NCBI RefSeq assembly: GCF_039654945.1
Contig: NW_027361716.1
Coordinates: 21,142,001-21,206,000 of the forward strand
Length of the DNA stretch: 64,000 nucleotides
Source: Dendrobates tinctorius
Lineage: Eukaryota
Direction: 5' to 3'
How positions within the stretch are numbered: position 1 is the stretch's first letter; each line of letters starts with the position of its first letter. The position numbers and the translations under genes were made by a program. The notes below the pieces were generated by a model that saw only the letters and a program-made list of their open reading frames with translations, was not told the DNA's origin and did not search any database. Shown here in pieces: positions 36,000 through 50,344 of the stretch.

Positions 36000-37272
36000 C
36001 TAGCTGAAGAGCCCGGCGCTGCCCGGGCATAGTAACTAACTGTGGTTATAGTAAATTATAATTATCCTCCATCCCATAGACCCGTGCCCATATACCCATC
36101 ATACATATCCACGATCCCATAGGCCCGTGCCCATATACCCATCATACATATCCTCCATCCCATAGTCCCGTTCCCATATACCCATCATACATATCCCCAT
36201 CCCATAGTCGAGTGCCCATATACCCATCACACATCCTCCATCCCATAGTCCCATGCCCAAATCCCCATCATACATATTCGCCATCCCATAGTCCCATGCC
36301 CATATACCCATCATACATATTTGCCATCCCATAGTCGAGTGCCCATATACCCATCACACATCCTTCATCTCACAGTCCCATGCCCATATACCAATCATAC
36401 ATATCCTCCATCCCATAGTCCCGTGCCCATATACCCATCATACATATCCTTCATCCCATAGTCCCGTGCCCTTATACCCGTCATACATATCCTCCATCCC
36501 ATAGTCCAGTGCCCATATACTCATTACACATCCTCCATCCCATAGTCCCGTGCCCATATACCCATTATGACATCATCATCACCATGGCAACGGTTATGAC
36601 ATAACCGTCACCATTGCAACCTATGACGAATCAGCGTTGCCCATATACCCATCATACATATCCTCCATCCCATAGTCGAGTGCCCATGTACCCATCACAC
36701 ATCCTCCATCCCATAGTCCCATGCCCATATAGCCATCACACATCCTCCATCCCATAGTCCCATGCCCATATAGCCATTATACATATTCGCCATCCCATAG
36801 TCGAGTGCCCATATACCCATCACACATCCTTCATCCCATAGTCCCATGCCCATATACCAGTCATACATATCATCCATCCCATAGTCCAGTGCCCATATAC
36901 CCATCACACATCCTCCATTCCATAGTCAACCAATATGACATCATAATGAGCTGCGGGGCTTGCAACCTATGATGACATCAGCGTCGCCATGGCAACTATT
37001 GTGACATTATAATGAGGGGCGGGTCTTCATACGCACACACTTTCCCCATTATGTAGAGAGGGGCATTATGACATCATAATGAGGGGCGGGGCTTGACGCG
37101 CACACACTTTTTCCCCAGTATATAGATAGGGGCAAAATTGTTTGGTGAATTGGAACGCTCAGGGTTAAAATTTCGCCTCACAACATAGCTTAGGACGCTC
37201 TCGGGGTCCAGACGTGTGACTGTGCCAAATTTTGTGGCTGTAGCTGCGACGGTGCGGATGCCTATCCCGGAC

Positions 37273-37318
<46 letters not shown>

Positions 37319-37340
37319 ACTTTGAGCTTTATATATTAGA
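36000..37340 (-). mobile_element. Complete non-autonomous Helitron
   Basis: Minus strand A|TCTAATATATAAAG ... hairpin gcccgggcagcgccgggc ... CTAG|T, with no TSD. Contains a (CA)n tract (37272-37318) and a 41/43-bp minisatellite (36060-36930). Confidence 0.85.
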
Positions 37341-38756
37341 TAATACATAAATGTATAATCACTTATAATGATTACACACACAAAACAAATATATGTGACA
37401 TGTGACCATGTGTATGTAATGATATTATGGTCTTCAATGGAGAATGAAAAAGAAGAGGTTGAACAAAGAAATGATATCACAATTCTTTTTTTTTTTTTAA
37501 ATAATATACCTTTTTTTAGCTCTATGGATTTACAAAAACGCATAAAAAATGTGCTTATTTTCCACTGCTTTTTTCTGCCAAGAGAAGCGGAAATGTCTGC
37601 AAGCAAATACGCATTGTGTACACATAGCCTTAGTGTATTGTCCGCATGCTACTTTACCCTGATTGCCACCACACCAGGGCAATCGGGAAGAAGTGGGCCA
37701 AGCGCCAGAATCGGAGCATCTGATCTGATGTGCCAATTCTGGGGTGGTTGAGGGCTTGTGTTTTTAGGCTGGGAAGGGCCCAATAACCAGGGACCTTCCC
37801 GGCCTGATAGTATAAGCCTGCAGCTGTCTGCTTTACCTGTGCTGGTTATGGAAAATAGAGGGGGGGGCCCACACATCACTTTTTTAATTATTTATTTAAT
37901 AGGTTTAATAAGGCTAAAAACACCCTTTAGTGCCACATGAAATGCATTAAGGGTGTTAGTTATAATTTGGGGGTCTTGTGACATATCTACAGGACAGCTA
38001 CCTATTCTATCTATATCTGTATATAGGATTGCAGAACACCAGCCTTATAATACATAATTACAGTATATAAAAGATGATAACGCATTGCATACTCATGTCA
38101 TGCGATGTCATACAGGTGCTAGTTGACGGAAAAAAATCGCACTGGCATAACAAGCTGAACTATGCGGATTGCACTTGTCCAGCTTTTCAGGAGCCACTGT
38201 GAGGTGAGCGGCCCTATAGGTGAGAGCCCACACCAGGTATGAAGACCCTCGTACATGCTGCAGTTCTTATTTTACATGGACACTCAGTGTGGGGGGGAAG
38301 CTGCCATCTGATCAGTCCTGCTGCTGGGCCACATTGCTCCCTGAGAAGTCAGTCCTTTCATGGACAACACCTGGAGAAAATCCAGTCATGTGACCTCCAT
38401 ACTGGTTGTGGAGCACCCCAGGGCAGAGGGGGTCGGGGCTGCAGTGCCTGCGCTGCTCCTCGTCTCCAGCAGAGGGCGCCGCGCTTCTGGCTGCTGTGAT
38501 GCGTTCTTGCTTCTTGTTACGTGATCTCTTTCTCAATGAAGAGACGTTTCCGAGCTGCAGGAACAGTTTCATCCCCAGAGCAACAGAATTCCTGAATGAG
38601 AGCGGCTGCCACAGCGGCTCCCCACGGCGGGTGCACCGGGTGTCCTGGCACCATGACCCGCACCTAGCGGCTGAGGAATCGCCGACCCTCGCGTCACCCC
38701 CGCACATGTCTCCTGCTGAGAAGCGGCTCGGTGGGGCTGCGCAGGGTGTCCTCTCC

Positions 38757-38877
38757 ATGGGGGCACAGGGGACTGTACGCAGGAGGAGCCCCCGGCCGGG
38801 CACAGCGCGGGCCACCGACCCATCCCTGCTACTGGCACTGATGGCCCTGATCTCAGCGCTGCAGCATCCTGTGCAAG
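38757..38877 (+). CDS. Candidate first coding exon (signal peptide) of an unidentified secreted or membrane protein
   Basis: GC/CpG-rich non-repetitive island; tccATGG context; MGAQGTVRRRSPRPGTARATDPSLLLALMALISALQHPVQ-G has a basic n-region, hydrophobic core and VQG cleavage-like end; phase-1 donor AAG|GTAAGA. Confidence 0.6.
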
Positions 38878-39039
38878 GTAAGAAGAGAGGACCCGCTGCG
38901 GTCTCCTGCCCAGGGAGACACCACCCGAGATTGTGCCTCCCACACCGCGTGCAGGTGCAGGGCAGCAGTCACACACAGCGGCAGCCACTGAGAACCCAGA
39001 GCCGCGCACTCACTGCGATCACAGCCTAATGCAGGTGTG

Positions 39040-42000
39040 GGCAAGAGCAGAAATACAGCAGATACCCTGGGAGAGGGCTACAATCAGATCTGTAAGAGCA
39101 GAAATACAGCAGATACCCTGGGAGAGGGCTACAATCAGATCTGTAAGAGCAGAAATATAGCAGATACCATGGAGAAGGCTACAATCAGATCTGTAAGAGC
39201 AGAAATATAGCAGATACCATGGAGAAGGCTACAATCAGATCTGTAAGAGCAGAAATATAGCAGATACCATGGAGAGGTCTACAATCAGATCTGTAAGAGC
39301 AGAAATACAGCAGATACCATGGAGAAGGCTACAATCAGATATGTAAGAGCAGAAATACAGCAGATACCCTGGGAGAGGGCTACAATCAGATATGTAAGAG
39401 CAGAAATACAGCAGATACCATGGAGAAGGCTACAATCAGATCTGTAAGAGCAGAAATATAGCAGATACCATGGAGAAGGCTACAATCAGATCTGTAAGAG
39501 CAGAAATATAGCAGATACCATGGAGAAGGCTACAATCAGATCTGTAAGAGCAGAAATATAGCAGATACCATGGAGAAGGCTACAATCAGATCTGTAAGAG
39601 CAGAAATATAGCAGATACCATGGAGAGGTCTACAATCAGATCTGTAAGAGCAGAAATACAGCAGATACCATGGAGAAGGCTACAATCAGATATGTAAGAG
39701 CAGAAATATAGCAGATACCATGGAGAGGTCTACAATCAGATCTGTAAGAGCAGAAATACAGCAGATACCATGGAGAAGGCTACAATCAGATCTGTAAGAG
39801 CAGAAATATAGCAGATACCATGGAGAGGTCTACAATCAGATCTGTAAGAGCAGAAATACAGCAGATACCATGGAGAAGGCTACAATCAGATATGTAAGAG
39901 CAGAAATACAGCAGATACCCTGGGAGAGGGCTACAATCAGATATGTAAGAGCAGAAATACAGCAGATACCCTGGGAGAGGGCTACAATCAGATCTGTAAG
40001 AGCAGAAATATAGCAGATACCCTGGGAGAGGGCTACAATCAGATCTGTAAGAGCAGAAATACAGCAGATACCCTGGGAGAGGGCTACAATCAGATCTGTA
40101 AGAGCAGAAATACAGCAGATACCCTGGGAGAGGGCTACAATCAGATCTGTAAGAGCAGAAATACAGCAGATACCCTGGGAGAGGGCTACAATCAGATCTG
40201 TAAGAGCAGAAATACAGCAGATACCCTGGGAGAGGGCTACAATCAGATCTGTAAGAGCAGAAATACAGCAGATACCCTGGGAGAGGGCTACAATCAGATC
40301 TGTAAGAGCAGAAATATAGCAGATACCCTGGGAGAGGTCTACAATCAGATCTGTAAGAGCAGAAATACAGCAGATACCCTGGGAGAGAGCTACAATCAGA
40401 TATGTAAGAGCAGAAATACAGCAGATACCCTGGGAGAGGGCTACAATCAGATCTGTAAGAGCAGAAATACAGCAGATACCCTGGGAGAGGGCTACAATCA
40501 GATCTGTAAGAGCAGAAATACAGCAGATACCCTGGGAGAGGGCTACAATCAGATCTGTAAGAGCAGAAATATAGCAGATACCCTGGGAGAGGTCTACAAT
40601 CAGATCTGTAAGAGCAGAAATACAGCAGATACCCTGGGAGAGAGCTACAATCAGATATGTAAGAGCAGAAATACAGCAGATACCATGGAGAGAGCTACAA
40701 TCAGATATGTAAGAGCAGAAATATAGCAGATACCGTGGGGAGGCTACAATCAGATCTGTAAGAGCAGAAATATAGCAGATACCATGGAGAGGTCTACAAT
40801 CAGATCTGTAAGAGCAGAAATATAGCAGATACCATGGAGAGGTCTACAATCAGATCTGTAAGAGCAGAAGTATAGCAGATACCATGGAGAAGGCTACAAT
40901 CAGATATGTAAGAGCAGAAATACAGCAGATACCCTGGGAGAGGGCTACAATCAGATCTGTAAGAGCAGAAATACAGCAGATACCCTGGGAGAGGGCTACA
41001 ATCAGATATGTAAGAGCAGAAATACAGCAGATACCCTGGGAGAGGGCTACAATCAGATCTGTAAGAGCAGAAATACAGCAGATACCCTGGGAGAGGGCTA
41101 CAATCAGATCTGTAAGAGCAGAAATACAGCAGATACCCTGGGAGAGGGCTACAATCAGATCTGTAAGAGCAGAAATATAGCAGATACCCTGGGAGAGGTC
41201 TACAATCAGATCTGTAAGAGCAGAAATACAGCAGATACCCTGGGAGAGAGCTACAATCAGATATGTAAGAGCAGAAATACAGCAGATACCATGGAGAGAG
41301 CTACAATCAGATATGTAAGAGCAGAAGTATAGCAGATACCATGGAGAAGGCTACAATCAGATCTGTAAGAGCAGAAATATAGCAGATACCATGGGAGAGG
41401 TCTACAATCAGATCTGTAAGAGCAGAAGTATAGCAGATACCATGGGAGAGAGCTACAATCAGATCTGTAAGAGCAGAAATATAGCAGATACCCTGGGAGA
41501 AGGCTACAATCAGATCTGTAAGAGCAGAAATATAGCAGATACCATGGGAGAGAGCTACAATCAGATCTGTAAGAGCAGAAATACAGCAGATACCATGGGA
41601 GAGAGCTACAATCAGATCTGTAAGAGCAGAAGTATAGCAGATACCATGGGAGAGAGCTACAATCAGATCTGTAAGAGCAGAAATATAGCAGATACCATGG
41701 GAGAGAGCTACAATCAGATCTGTAAGAGCAGAAGTATAGCAGATACCATGGGAGAGAGCTACAATCAGATCTGTAAGAGCAGAAATATAGCAGATACCAT
41801 GGGAGAAGGCTACAATCAGATCTGTAAGAGCAGAAATATAGCAGATACCATGGGAGAGAGCTACAATCAGATATGTAAGAGCAGAAATACAGCAGATACC
41901 ATGGGAGAGAGCTACAATCAGATATGTAAGAGCAGAAGTATAGCAGATACCATGGAGAAGGCTGCAATCAGATCTGTAAGAGCAGAAGTATAGCAGATTC

Positions 42001-45000
42001 CATGGGAGAGAGCTACAATCAGATCTGTAAGAGCAGAAATATAGCAGATACCATGGAGAAGGCTACAATCAGATCTCTAAGAGCAGAAATATAGCAGATA
42101 CCATGGGAGAGAGCTACAATCAGATCTGTAAGAGCAGAAATATAGCAAATACCATGGAGAGGGCTACAATCAGATCTGTAAGAGCAGAAATATAGCAGAT
42201 ACCATGGAGAAGGCTACAATCAGATCTGTAAGAGCAGAAATATAGCAGATACCATGGGAGAGAGCTACAATCAGATCTGTAAGAGCAGAAATATAGCAGA
42301 TACCATGGGAGAGGGCAACAATCAGATCTGTAAGAGCAGAAATACAGCAGATACCATGGGAGAGAGCTACTATCAGATCTGTAAGAGCAGAAATATAGCA
42401 GATACCATGGGAGAGGGCTACAATCAGATCTGTAAGAGCAGAAATATAGCAGATACCATGGGAGAAGGCTACAATCAGATCTGTAAGAGCAGAAATATAG
42501 CAGATACCATGGGAGAGAGCTACAATCAGATCTGTAAGAGCAGAAATATAGCAGATACCATGGGAGAGGGCTACAATCAGATCTGTAAGAGCAGAAATAT
42601 AGCAGATACCATGGAGAGGGCTACAATTACCGTAGATCTGTAAGAGCAGAAATATAGCAGATACCATGGGAGAGGGCTACAATCAGATCTGTAAGAGCAG
42701 AAATATAGCAGATACCATGGGAGAGGGCAACAATCAGATCTGTAAGAGCAGAAATATAGCAAATACCATGGAGAGGGCTACAATCAGATCTGTAAGAGCA
42801 GAAATGTAGCAGATACCATGGGAGAAGGCTACAATCAGATCTGAAAGAGCAGAAATATAGCAGATACCATGGGAGAGAGCTACAATCAGATCTGTAAGAG
42901 CAGAAATATAGCAGATACCATGGGAGAGGGCTACAATCAGATCTGTAAGAGCAGAAATATAGCAGATACCATGGGAGAGGGCTACATTCAGATCTGTAAG
43001 AGCAGAAATATAGCAGATACCATGGGAGAAGGCTACAATCAGATCTGTAAGAGCAGAAATATAGCAGATACCATGGGAGAGAGCTACAATCAGATCTGTA
43101 AGAGCAGAAATATAGCAGATACCATGGGAGAGGGCTACAATCAGATCTGTAAGAGCAGAAATATAGCAGATACCATGGAGAGGGCTACAATTAGATCTGT
43201 AAGAGCAGAAATATAGCAGATACCATGGGAGAGGGCTACAATCAGATCTGTAAGAGCAGAAATATAGCAGATACCATGGGAGAGGGCAACAATCAGATCT
43301 GTAAGAGCAGAAATATAGCAAATACCATGGAGAGGGCTACAATCAGATCTGTAAGAGCAGAAATATAGCAGATACCATGGGAGAAGGCTACAATCAGATC
43401 TGTAAGAGCAGAAATATAGCAGATACCATGGGAGAGAGCTACAATCAGATCTGTAAGAGCAGAAATATAGCAGATACCATGGGAGAGGGCTACAATCAGA
43501 TCTATAAGAGCAGAAATATAGCAGATACCATGGGAGAGGGCTACATTCAGATCTGTAAGAGCAGAAATATAGCAGATACCATGGGAGAAGGCTACAATCA
43601 GATCTGTAAGAGCAGAAATATAGCAGATACCATGGGAGAGAGCTACAATCAGATCTGTAAGAGCAGAAATATAGCAGATACCATGGGAGAGGGCTACAAT
43701 CAGATCTGTAAGAGCAGAAGTATAGCAGATACCATGGGAGAAGGCTACAATCAGATCTGTAAGAGCAGAAATATAGCAGATACCATGGGAGAGAGCTACA
43801 ATCGATGTGTAACAGCACAAATATAGCAGATACCATAGAGAAGGCTACAATCAGATCTGTAAGAGCAGAAATATAGCAGATACCATGGGAGAGAGCTACA
43901 ATCAGATCTGTAAGAGCAGAAATATAGCAGATACCATGGAGAGGGCTACAATTAGATCTGTAAGAGCAGAAATATAGCAGATACCATGGGAGAGGGCTAC
44001 AATCAGATCTGTAAGAGCAGAAATATAGCAGATACCATGGGAGAGGGCAACAATCAGATCTGTAAGAGCAGAAATATAGCAAATACCATGGAGAGGGCTA
44101 CAATCAGATCTGTAAGAGCAGAAATATAGCAGATACCATGGGAGAAGGCTACAATCAGATCTGTAAGAGCAGAAATATTGCAGATACCATGGGAGAGAGC
44201 TACAATCAGATCTGTAAGAGCAGAAATATAGCAGATACCATGGGAGAGGGCTACAATCAGATCTGTAAGAGCAGAAATATAGCAGATACCATGGGAGAGG
44301 GCTACATTCAGATCTGTAAGAGCAGAAATATAGCAGATACCATGGGAGAAGGCTACAATCAGATCTGTAAGAGCAGAAATATAGCAGATACCATGGGAGA
44401 GAGCTACAATCAGATCTGTAAGAGCAGAAATATAGCAGATACCATGGGAGAGGGCTACAATCAGATCTGTAAGAGCAGAAGTATAGCAGATACCATGGGA
44501 GAGGTCTACAATCAGATCTGTAAGAGCAGAAATATAGCAGATACCATGGGGAGGGCTGCAATCAGATCTGTAAGAGCAGAAATATAGCAGATCCCATGGA
44601 GAGAGCTACAATCAGATCTGTATGAGCAAAAATATAGCAGATACCATGGGAGAGGGTAACAATCAGATCTGTAAGAGCAGAAATATAGCAGATACCATGG
44701 GGAGGCTACAATCAGATCTGTAAGACCAGAAATATAGCAGATACCATGGAGAAGGCAACAATCAGATCTGTAAGAGCAGACATATAGCAGATACCATGGA
44801 GAGGTCTACAATCAGATCTGTAAGAGCAGAAATATAGCAGATCCCATGGAGAGAGCTACAATCAGATCTGTATGAGCAAAAATATAGCAGATACCATGGG
44901 AGAGGGTAACAATCAGATATGTAAGAGCAGAAATATAGCAGATACCATGGGGAGGCTACAATCAGATATGTCAGAGCAGAAATATAGCAAATACCATGGA

Positions 45001-47545
45001 GAAGGCAACAATCAGATCTCTAAGAGCAGAAATATAGCAGATACCATGGAGAGGTCTACAATCAGATCTGTAAGAGCAGAAATATAGCAGATACCATGGG
45101 AGAAGGCTACAATCAGATCTGTAAGAGCAGAAATATAGCATATACCATGGAGAGGTCTACAATCAGATCTGTAAGAGCAGAAATATAGCAGATACCATGT
45201 TGAGGGCTACAATCAGATCTGTAAGAGCAGAAATATAGCATATACCATGGGGAGGCTACAATCAGATCTGTAAGAGCAGTGATATAGCAGATACCATGGA
45301 GAGGTCTACATTCAGATGTGTAAGAGCAGAAATATAGCAGATACCATGGGGAGGCTACAATCAGATCTGTAAGAGCAGAAATATAGCATATACCATGGGG
45401 AGGCTACAATCAGATCTGTAAGAGCAGTGATATAGCAGATACCATGGAGAGGTCTACATTCAGATGTGTAAGAGCAGAAATATAGCAGATACCATGGGGA
45501 GGCTACAATCAGATCTGTAAGAGCAGAAATATAGCAGATAACATGGGGAGGCTACAATCAGATCTGTAAGAGCAGAAATATAGCAGATACAATGGGAGAG
45601 GGCTACAATCAGATCTGTAAGCGCAGAAATACAGTATATCAGATTCCATGGAGAGGACTACAATCAGATCTGTTAGAGCAGAAATATAGCAGATACCATG
45701 GGGAGGCTACAATCAGATCTGTAAGAGCAGACATATAACAGATACCATGGGGAGGCTACAATCAGATCTGTAAGTGCAGAAATAAAGCAGGTACCATGGG
45801 GAGGCTACAATCAGATCTGTAAGGGCAGACATATAACAGATACCATGGGGAGGCTACAATCAGATCTGTAAGTGCAGAAATAAAGCAGGTACCATGGGGA
45901 GGCTACAATCAGATCTGTAAGAGCAGAAATATAGCAGATACCATGTTGAGGGCTACAATCAGATCTGTAAGAGTAGAAATATAGCATATACCATGGGGAG
46001 GCTACAATCAGATCTGTAAGAGCAGTGATATAGCAGATACCATGGAGAGGTCTACATTCAGATGTGTAAGAGCAGAAATATAGCAGATACCATGGGGAGG
46101 CTACAATCAGATCTGTAAGAGCAGAAATATAGCAGATAACATGGGGAGGCTACAATCAGATCTGTAAGAGCAGAAATATAGCCGATACAATGGGAGAGGG
46201 CTACAATCAGATCTGTAAACGCAGAAATACAGTATATCAGATTCCATGGAGAGGACTACAATCAGATCTGTAAGAGCAGAAATATAGCAGATACCATGGG
46301 GAGGCTACAATCAGATCTGTAAGAGCAGAAATGTAGCAGATACCATGGGGAGGTCTACAATCATATCTGTAAGAGCAGACATATAACAGATACCATGGGG
46401 AGGCTACAATCAGATCTGTAAGAGCAGAAATAAAGCAGGTACCATGGGGAGGCTACAATCAGATCTGGAAGAGCAGAAATATTGCAGATACCTTGGGGAG
46501 GTCTACAATCAGATCTGTAAGAGCAGAAATATAGCAGATACCATGGGGAGGCTACAATCAGATCTGTAAGAACAGAAATATAGCATATACCATGGGAAGG
46601 CTACAATCAGATCTGTAAGAGCAGTGATATAGCAGATACCATGGAGAGGTCTACATTCAGATGTGTAAGAGCAGAAATATAGCAGATACCATGGGAGAGG
46701 GCTACAATCAGATCTGTAAGAGCAGAAATATAGCAGATACCGTGGGGAGGCTACAATCAGATCTGTAAGAGCAGTAATATAGCAGATACCATGGGAGAGG
46801 GCTACAATCAGATCTGTAAGAGCAGAAGTATAGCAGATACCATGGGAGAGGGCTACAATCAGATCTGTAAGAGCAGAAATATAGCAGATACCATGGAGAG
46901 GTCTACAATTAGATCTGTAAGAGCAGAAATATAGCATATACCATGGGGAGGCTACAATCAGATCTGTAAGAGCAGAAATATAGCAGATAACATGGAGAGA
47001 GCTACAATCGATCTGTAAAAGCAGAAATATAGCAGATACCATGGAGAGGTCTACAATCAGATCTGTAAGAGCATAAATATAGCAGATACCATGGGGAGGT
47101 CTACAATCAGATCTGTAAGAGCAGAAATATAGCAGATACCATGGAGAGTTCTACAATCAGATCTGTAAGAGCATAAATATAGCAGATACCATGGAGAAGG
47201 CTACAATCAGATCTGTAAGAGCAGAAATATAGCAGATAGCATGGAGAGATCTACAATCAGATCTGTAAGAGCAGAAATATAGCATATACCATGGGGAGGC
47301 TACAATCAGATCTGTACGAGCAGAAATATAGTAGATACCATGGGGGAAGGCTGCAATCAGATCTGTAAGAGCACAAATATAGAAGATACCATGGAGAGGC
47401 TACAATCAGATCTGTAAGAGCTGAAATATAGCAGATACCATGGGGAGGCTACAATCAGATCTGTAAGAGCAGAAATATAGCAGATACCATGGGGAGGCTA
47501 CAATCAGATCTGTAAGAGCAGAAATATAGCAGATACCATGGGAGA
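39040..47545. repeat. 50/51-bp satellite array, ~8.5 kb, ~170 copies
   Basis: Unit agagcagaaatatagcagataccatgg(g)agaaggctacaatcagatctgta. Confidence 0.98.
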
Positions 47546-48849
47546 AGGCCTCCTGCAATGACACAAATCTACACTGGTCTCAGCGCTTATTCCATTCTCC
47601 CCAGTCGTTTTCCGAAGAAAAAAGCACCAGCAAATCTGCATTTTTGACCCTGTGACAGATCCCCATACCTCTGCTTCCTGGACCCCAGTGACCGAGATGT
47701 TGGGGGGACCAAGGTCCCACATGTTATTCTGGCTGCAGAATCTTTAATTAGGGCGTAAAAAAGGTGCTGGATTATCAGAGGAAATGTCCGTTGTATTTTG
47801 GGATGTTTAATCTATAGGTGCTGGAGTTTGTGGACAATCGGATTACTATTGTTTTACTGTACATGCAAAATATATACATGCACTTTTTTGCCATATAATC
47901 TGTATTAAAATAAACTTTAGAAAACTTGCAATTTTCCCACTGGGGCTATTTTAGTCATTGTGCAGGAAGGGGGAGGAGGTGAGCTGTGACATCGCCTATT
48001 GTGGTTGTTGTATCCTGTGTTATCAGCGGTGTGTGGAGATGTTACCTGTGTTGTAATCCTGCCTCTGATGATAGTGGAAATGCAAACCATTCTCCCTGAT
48101 GGGAAAGGAAATCTGAGTGTAAAACAGCCCTCGTGATCAGCATGAAAATTGCAAGATTTTTTTTTTTTTCTAAACAGATATGTAAAAAATGTTGACAATT
48201 TAAAAAAAAAAAAAAAAAAATACATGAAATGTAAAAACCTGATTTAAACAATAGGTGAATTTCTGCTTATACACTGCCTTTATGCGCTTTCTCATTGATC
48301 ACACAGAGTAGCGGTTTGTGTCCATGGCAGTGTGTGGCTGCTGTATTAACATTTAGTATTTAAAGGGTTACTCCCATCTTCATAATTTAAGCACTTTTGC
48401 AATTTGCTACTTATTACATTTTTTAGGCTTTCCTGAGAAATTCTTTCCTTTAGTTTTCAGTTCATTGCCTAGGAGACCGACCACTGCTGCTGCCTAGCTT
48501 CTAAGCCCTGTGCCTAAGCTGGCCGGGATTGGGAGGTAACAGTGTGTTGCAGCAATCCTAACCAGCTTTAAAAATGTGCTTATAAGCTAAATAGAAAAGT
48601 GCTGGTGAGCACTGAAAATGTACTGCTGTCTAGTACAGGTGATCGGTCTCCAAAGCAGCAAGCCGTAAGCAAAAGAAAAATGGTAATATCTCAAGAACAA
48701 CGGACAATTTGAATAAGCAGTATACTGCAAAAGTGCTTGTATATACAAGCGCTATCCGACAATACCTATTGTAACGAAATGGGTCCTATCATTGGTTCTC
48801 CATATTCACTGGTTCAGAGTCATTGTACATTATCCTGAGACTTTGTGTC

Positions 48850-49550
48850 GGTAATAACAACAAAGGTATGACCGATAACAACAAAGCTATGACCAATAAC
48901 AGCAAAGCTATTACCGATAACAACGAAGCTATGACTAATAACAACAAAGCTATTACCGATAACAACAAAGCTATGACCAATAACAACGAAGCTATTACCA
49001 ATAACAACAAAGGTATGGGCCGATAACAACAAAGCTATGACCAATAACAACAAAGCTATTACCGATAACAATGAAGCTATGACCAATAACAACAAAGGTA
49101 TGGGCCGATAACAACAAAGGTATGGGCCGATAACAACAAAGCTATGACCAATAACAACAAAGCTATTACCGATAACAACGAAGCTATGACCAATAACAAC
49201 AAAGGTATGGGCCGATAACAACAAAGCTATCACCAATAACAACAAAGGTATGGGCCGATAACAACAAAGGTATGGGCCGATAACAACAAAGCTATGACCA
49301 ATAACAACAAAGCTATTACCGATAACAACGAAGCTATGACCAATAACAACAAAGGTATGGGCCGATAACAACAAAGCTATGACCAATAACAACAAAGCTA
49401 TTACCAATAACAACAAAGCTATTACCGATAACAACGAAGCTATGACCAATAACAACAAAGCTATGACCAATAACAGCAAAGCTATGACCGTTAACAACAA
49501 AGCAGTGACCGATAACAACAAAGCAGTGACCGATAACAAAGGTATGACCA
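48850..49550. repeat. 21/22-bp minisatellite
   Basis: Unit gctatgaccaataacaacaaa and variants. Confidence 0.93.
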
Positions 49551-50344
49551 TCAGTCTGCTGTATGCCAGGTTAGCCCCTGAACGACCAGGGGTAGATTTT
49601 GGTTTTGCATTTTCATTTTTTGCTCCCCCTTTTCCCAGAGTTATAACTTTTTTATTTTTTTGTCAGAATGGCCATATGAGGGCTTGCTTTTGCGGGACAA
49701 GTTGTCATTCCAACTCACCGGTATCCCATGATCCGGTGACGTTGGACACCGGTATGCGTATTTCCGGCTCGATTGCTGGAAGCGCATGTTAAATGCTGCT
49801 GTCAGAGTTTGAAAGTGGCATAGCCACTGGTGAATCATGATTCCACCCACGGCTGTTCAGGCACATGTCAGCTGTTCAAAACAGCTGCCATGTGCCGGGA
49901 AAGATGTGGGCTCAGCGCCGGAGCCCACATCAAAGGGAGGCAGTCCGACATCGATGTACTATTACGCCTGACGTCGGAAAGTGAAAGAAACTGGGGTATG
50001 GGTTGATTCACACAAGTGTCTTTCATCTGTTTGCACAACAGAAAGTGTTGGCATGCATTACTCTGGTCCCTTGTAATAAGCAGCTCCTGCACGGCCTGCA
50101 GTATAGATGGGCACACAGAGCTAATCACCCTACCATTGGTATATGTCCATCTGAACCCTGCCTAGGTCTTCATTCTCACATTTGTGTTTAAACACATACG
50201 TGAAAAAATGATATCGGTGTCATCATTGTTTTGGATCAGCGTGCCATCAGGGTACGGATCATGTGTCCATTTTTACCATCAGATGTCGGTAACGCATCCA
50301 ATCCACATAGGAAAAGAAATCAAACCATAGATGTCCATAAATTA

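Noticed and set aside
39040-47545. Long repetitive ORFs and CRISPR-like periodicity
   Set aside because: Units are contiguous with no unique spacers, and no cas genes are present; the ORFs arise because 51-bp units are divisible by three.
48789-49551. Hydrophobic multi-transmembrane-like ORF
   Set aside because: Translation of the 21-bp repeat.
49570-49985. piggyBac-like MITE (similar start near 63045)
   Set aside because: The termini are too degraded to define TTAA TSDs or TIRs with confidence.
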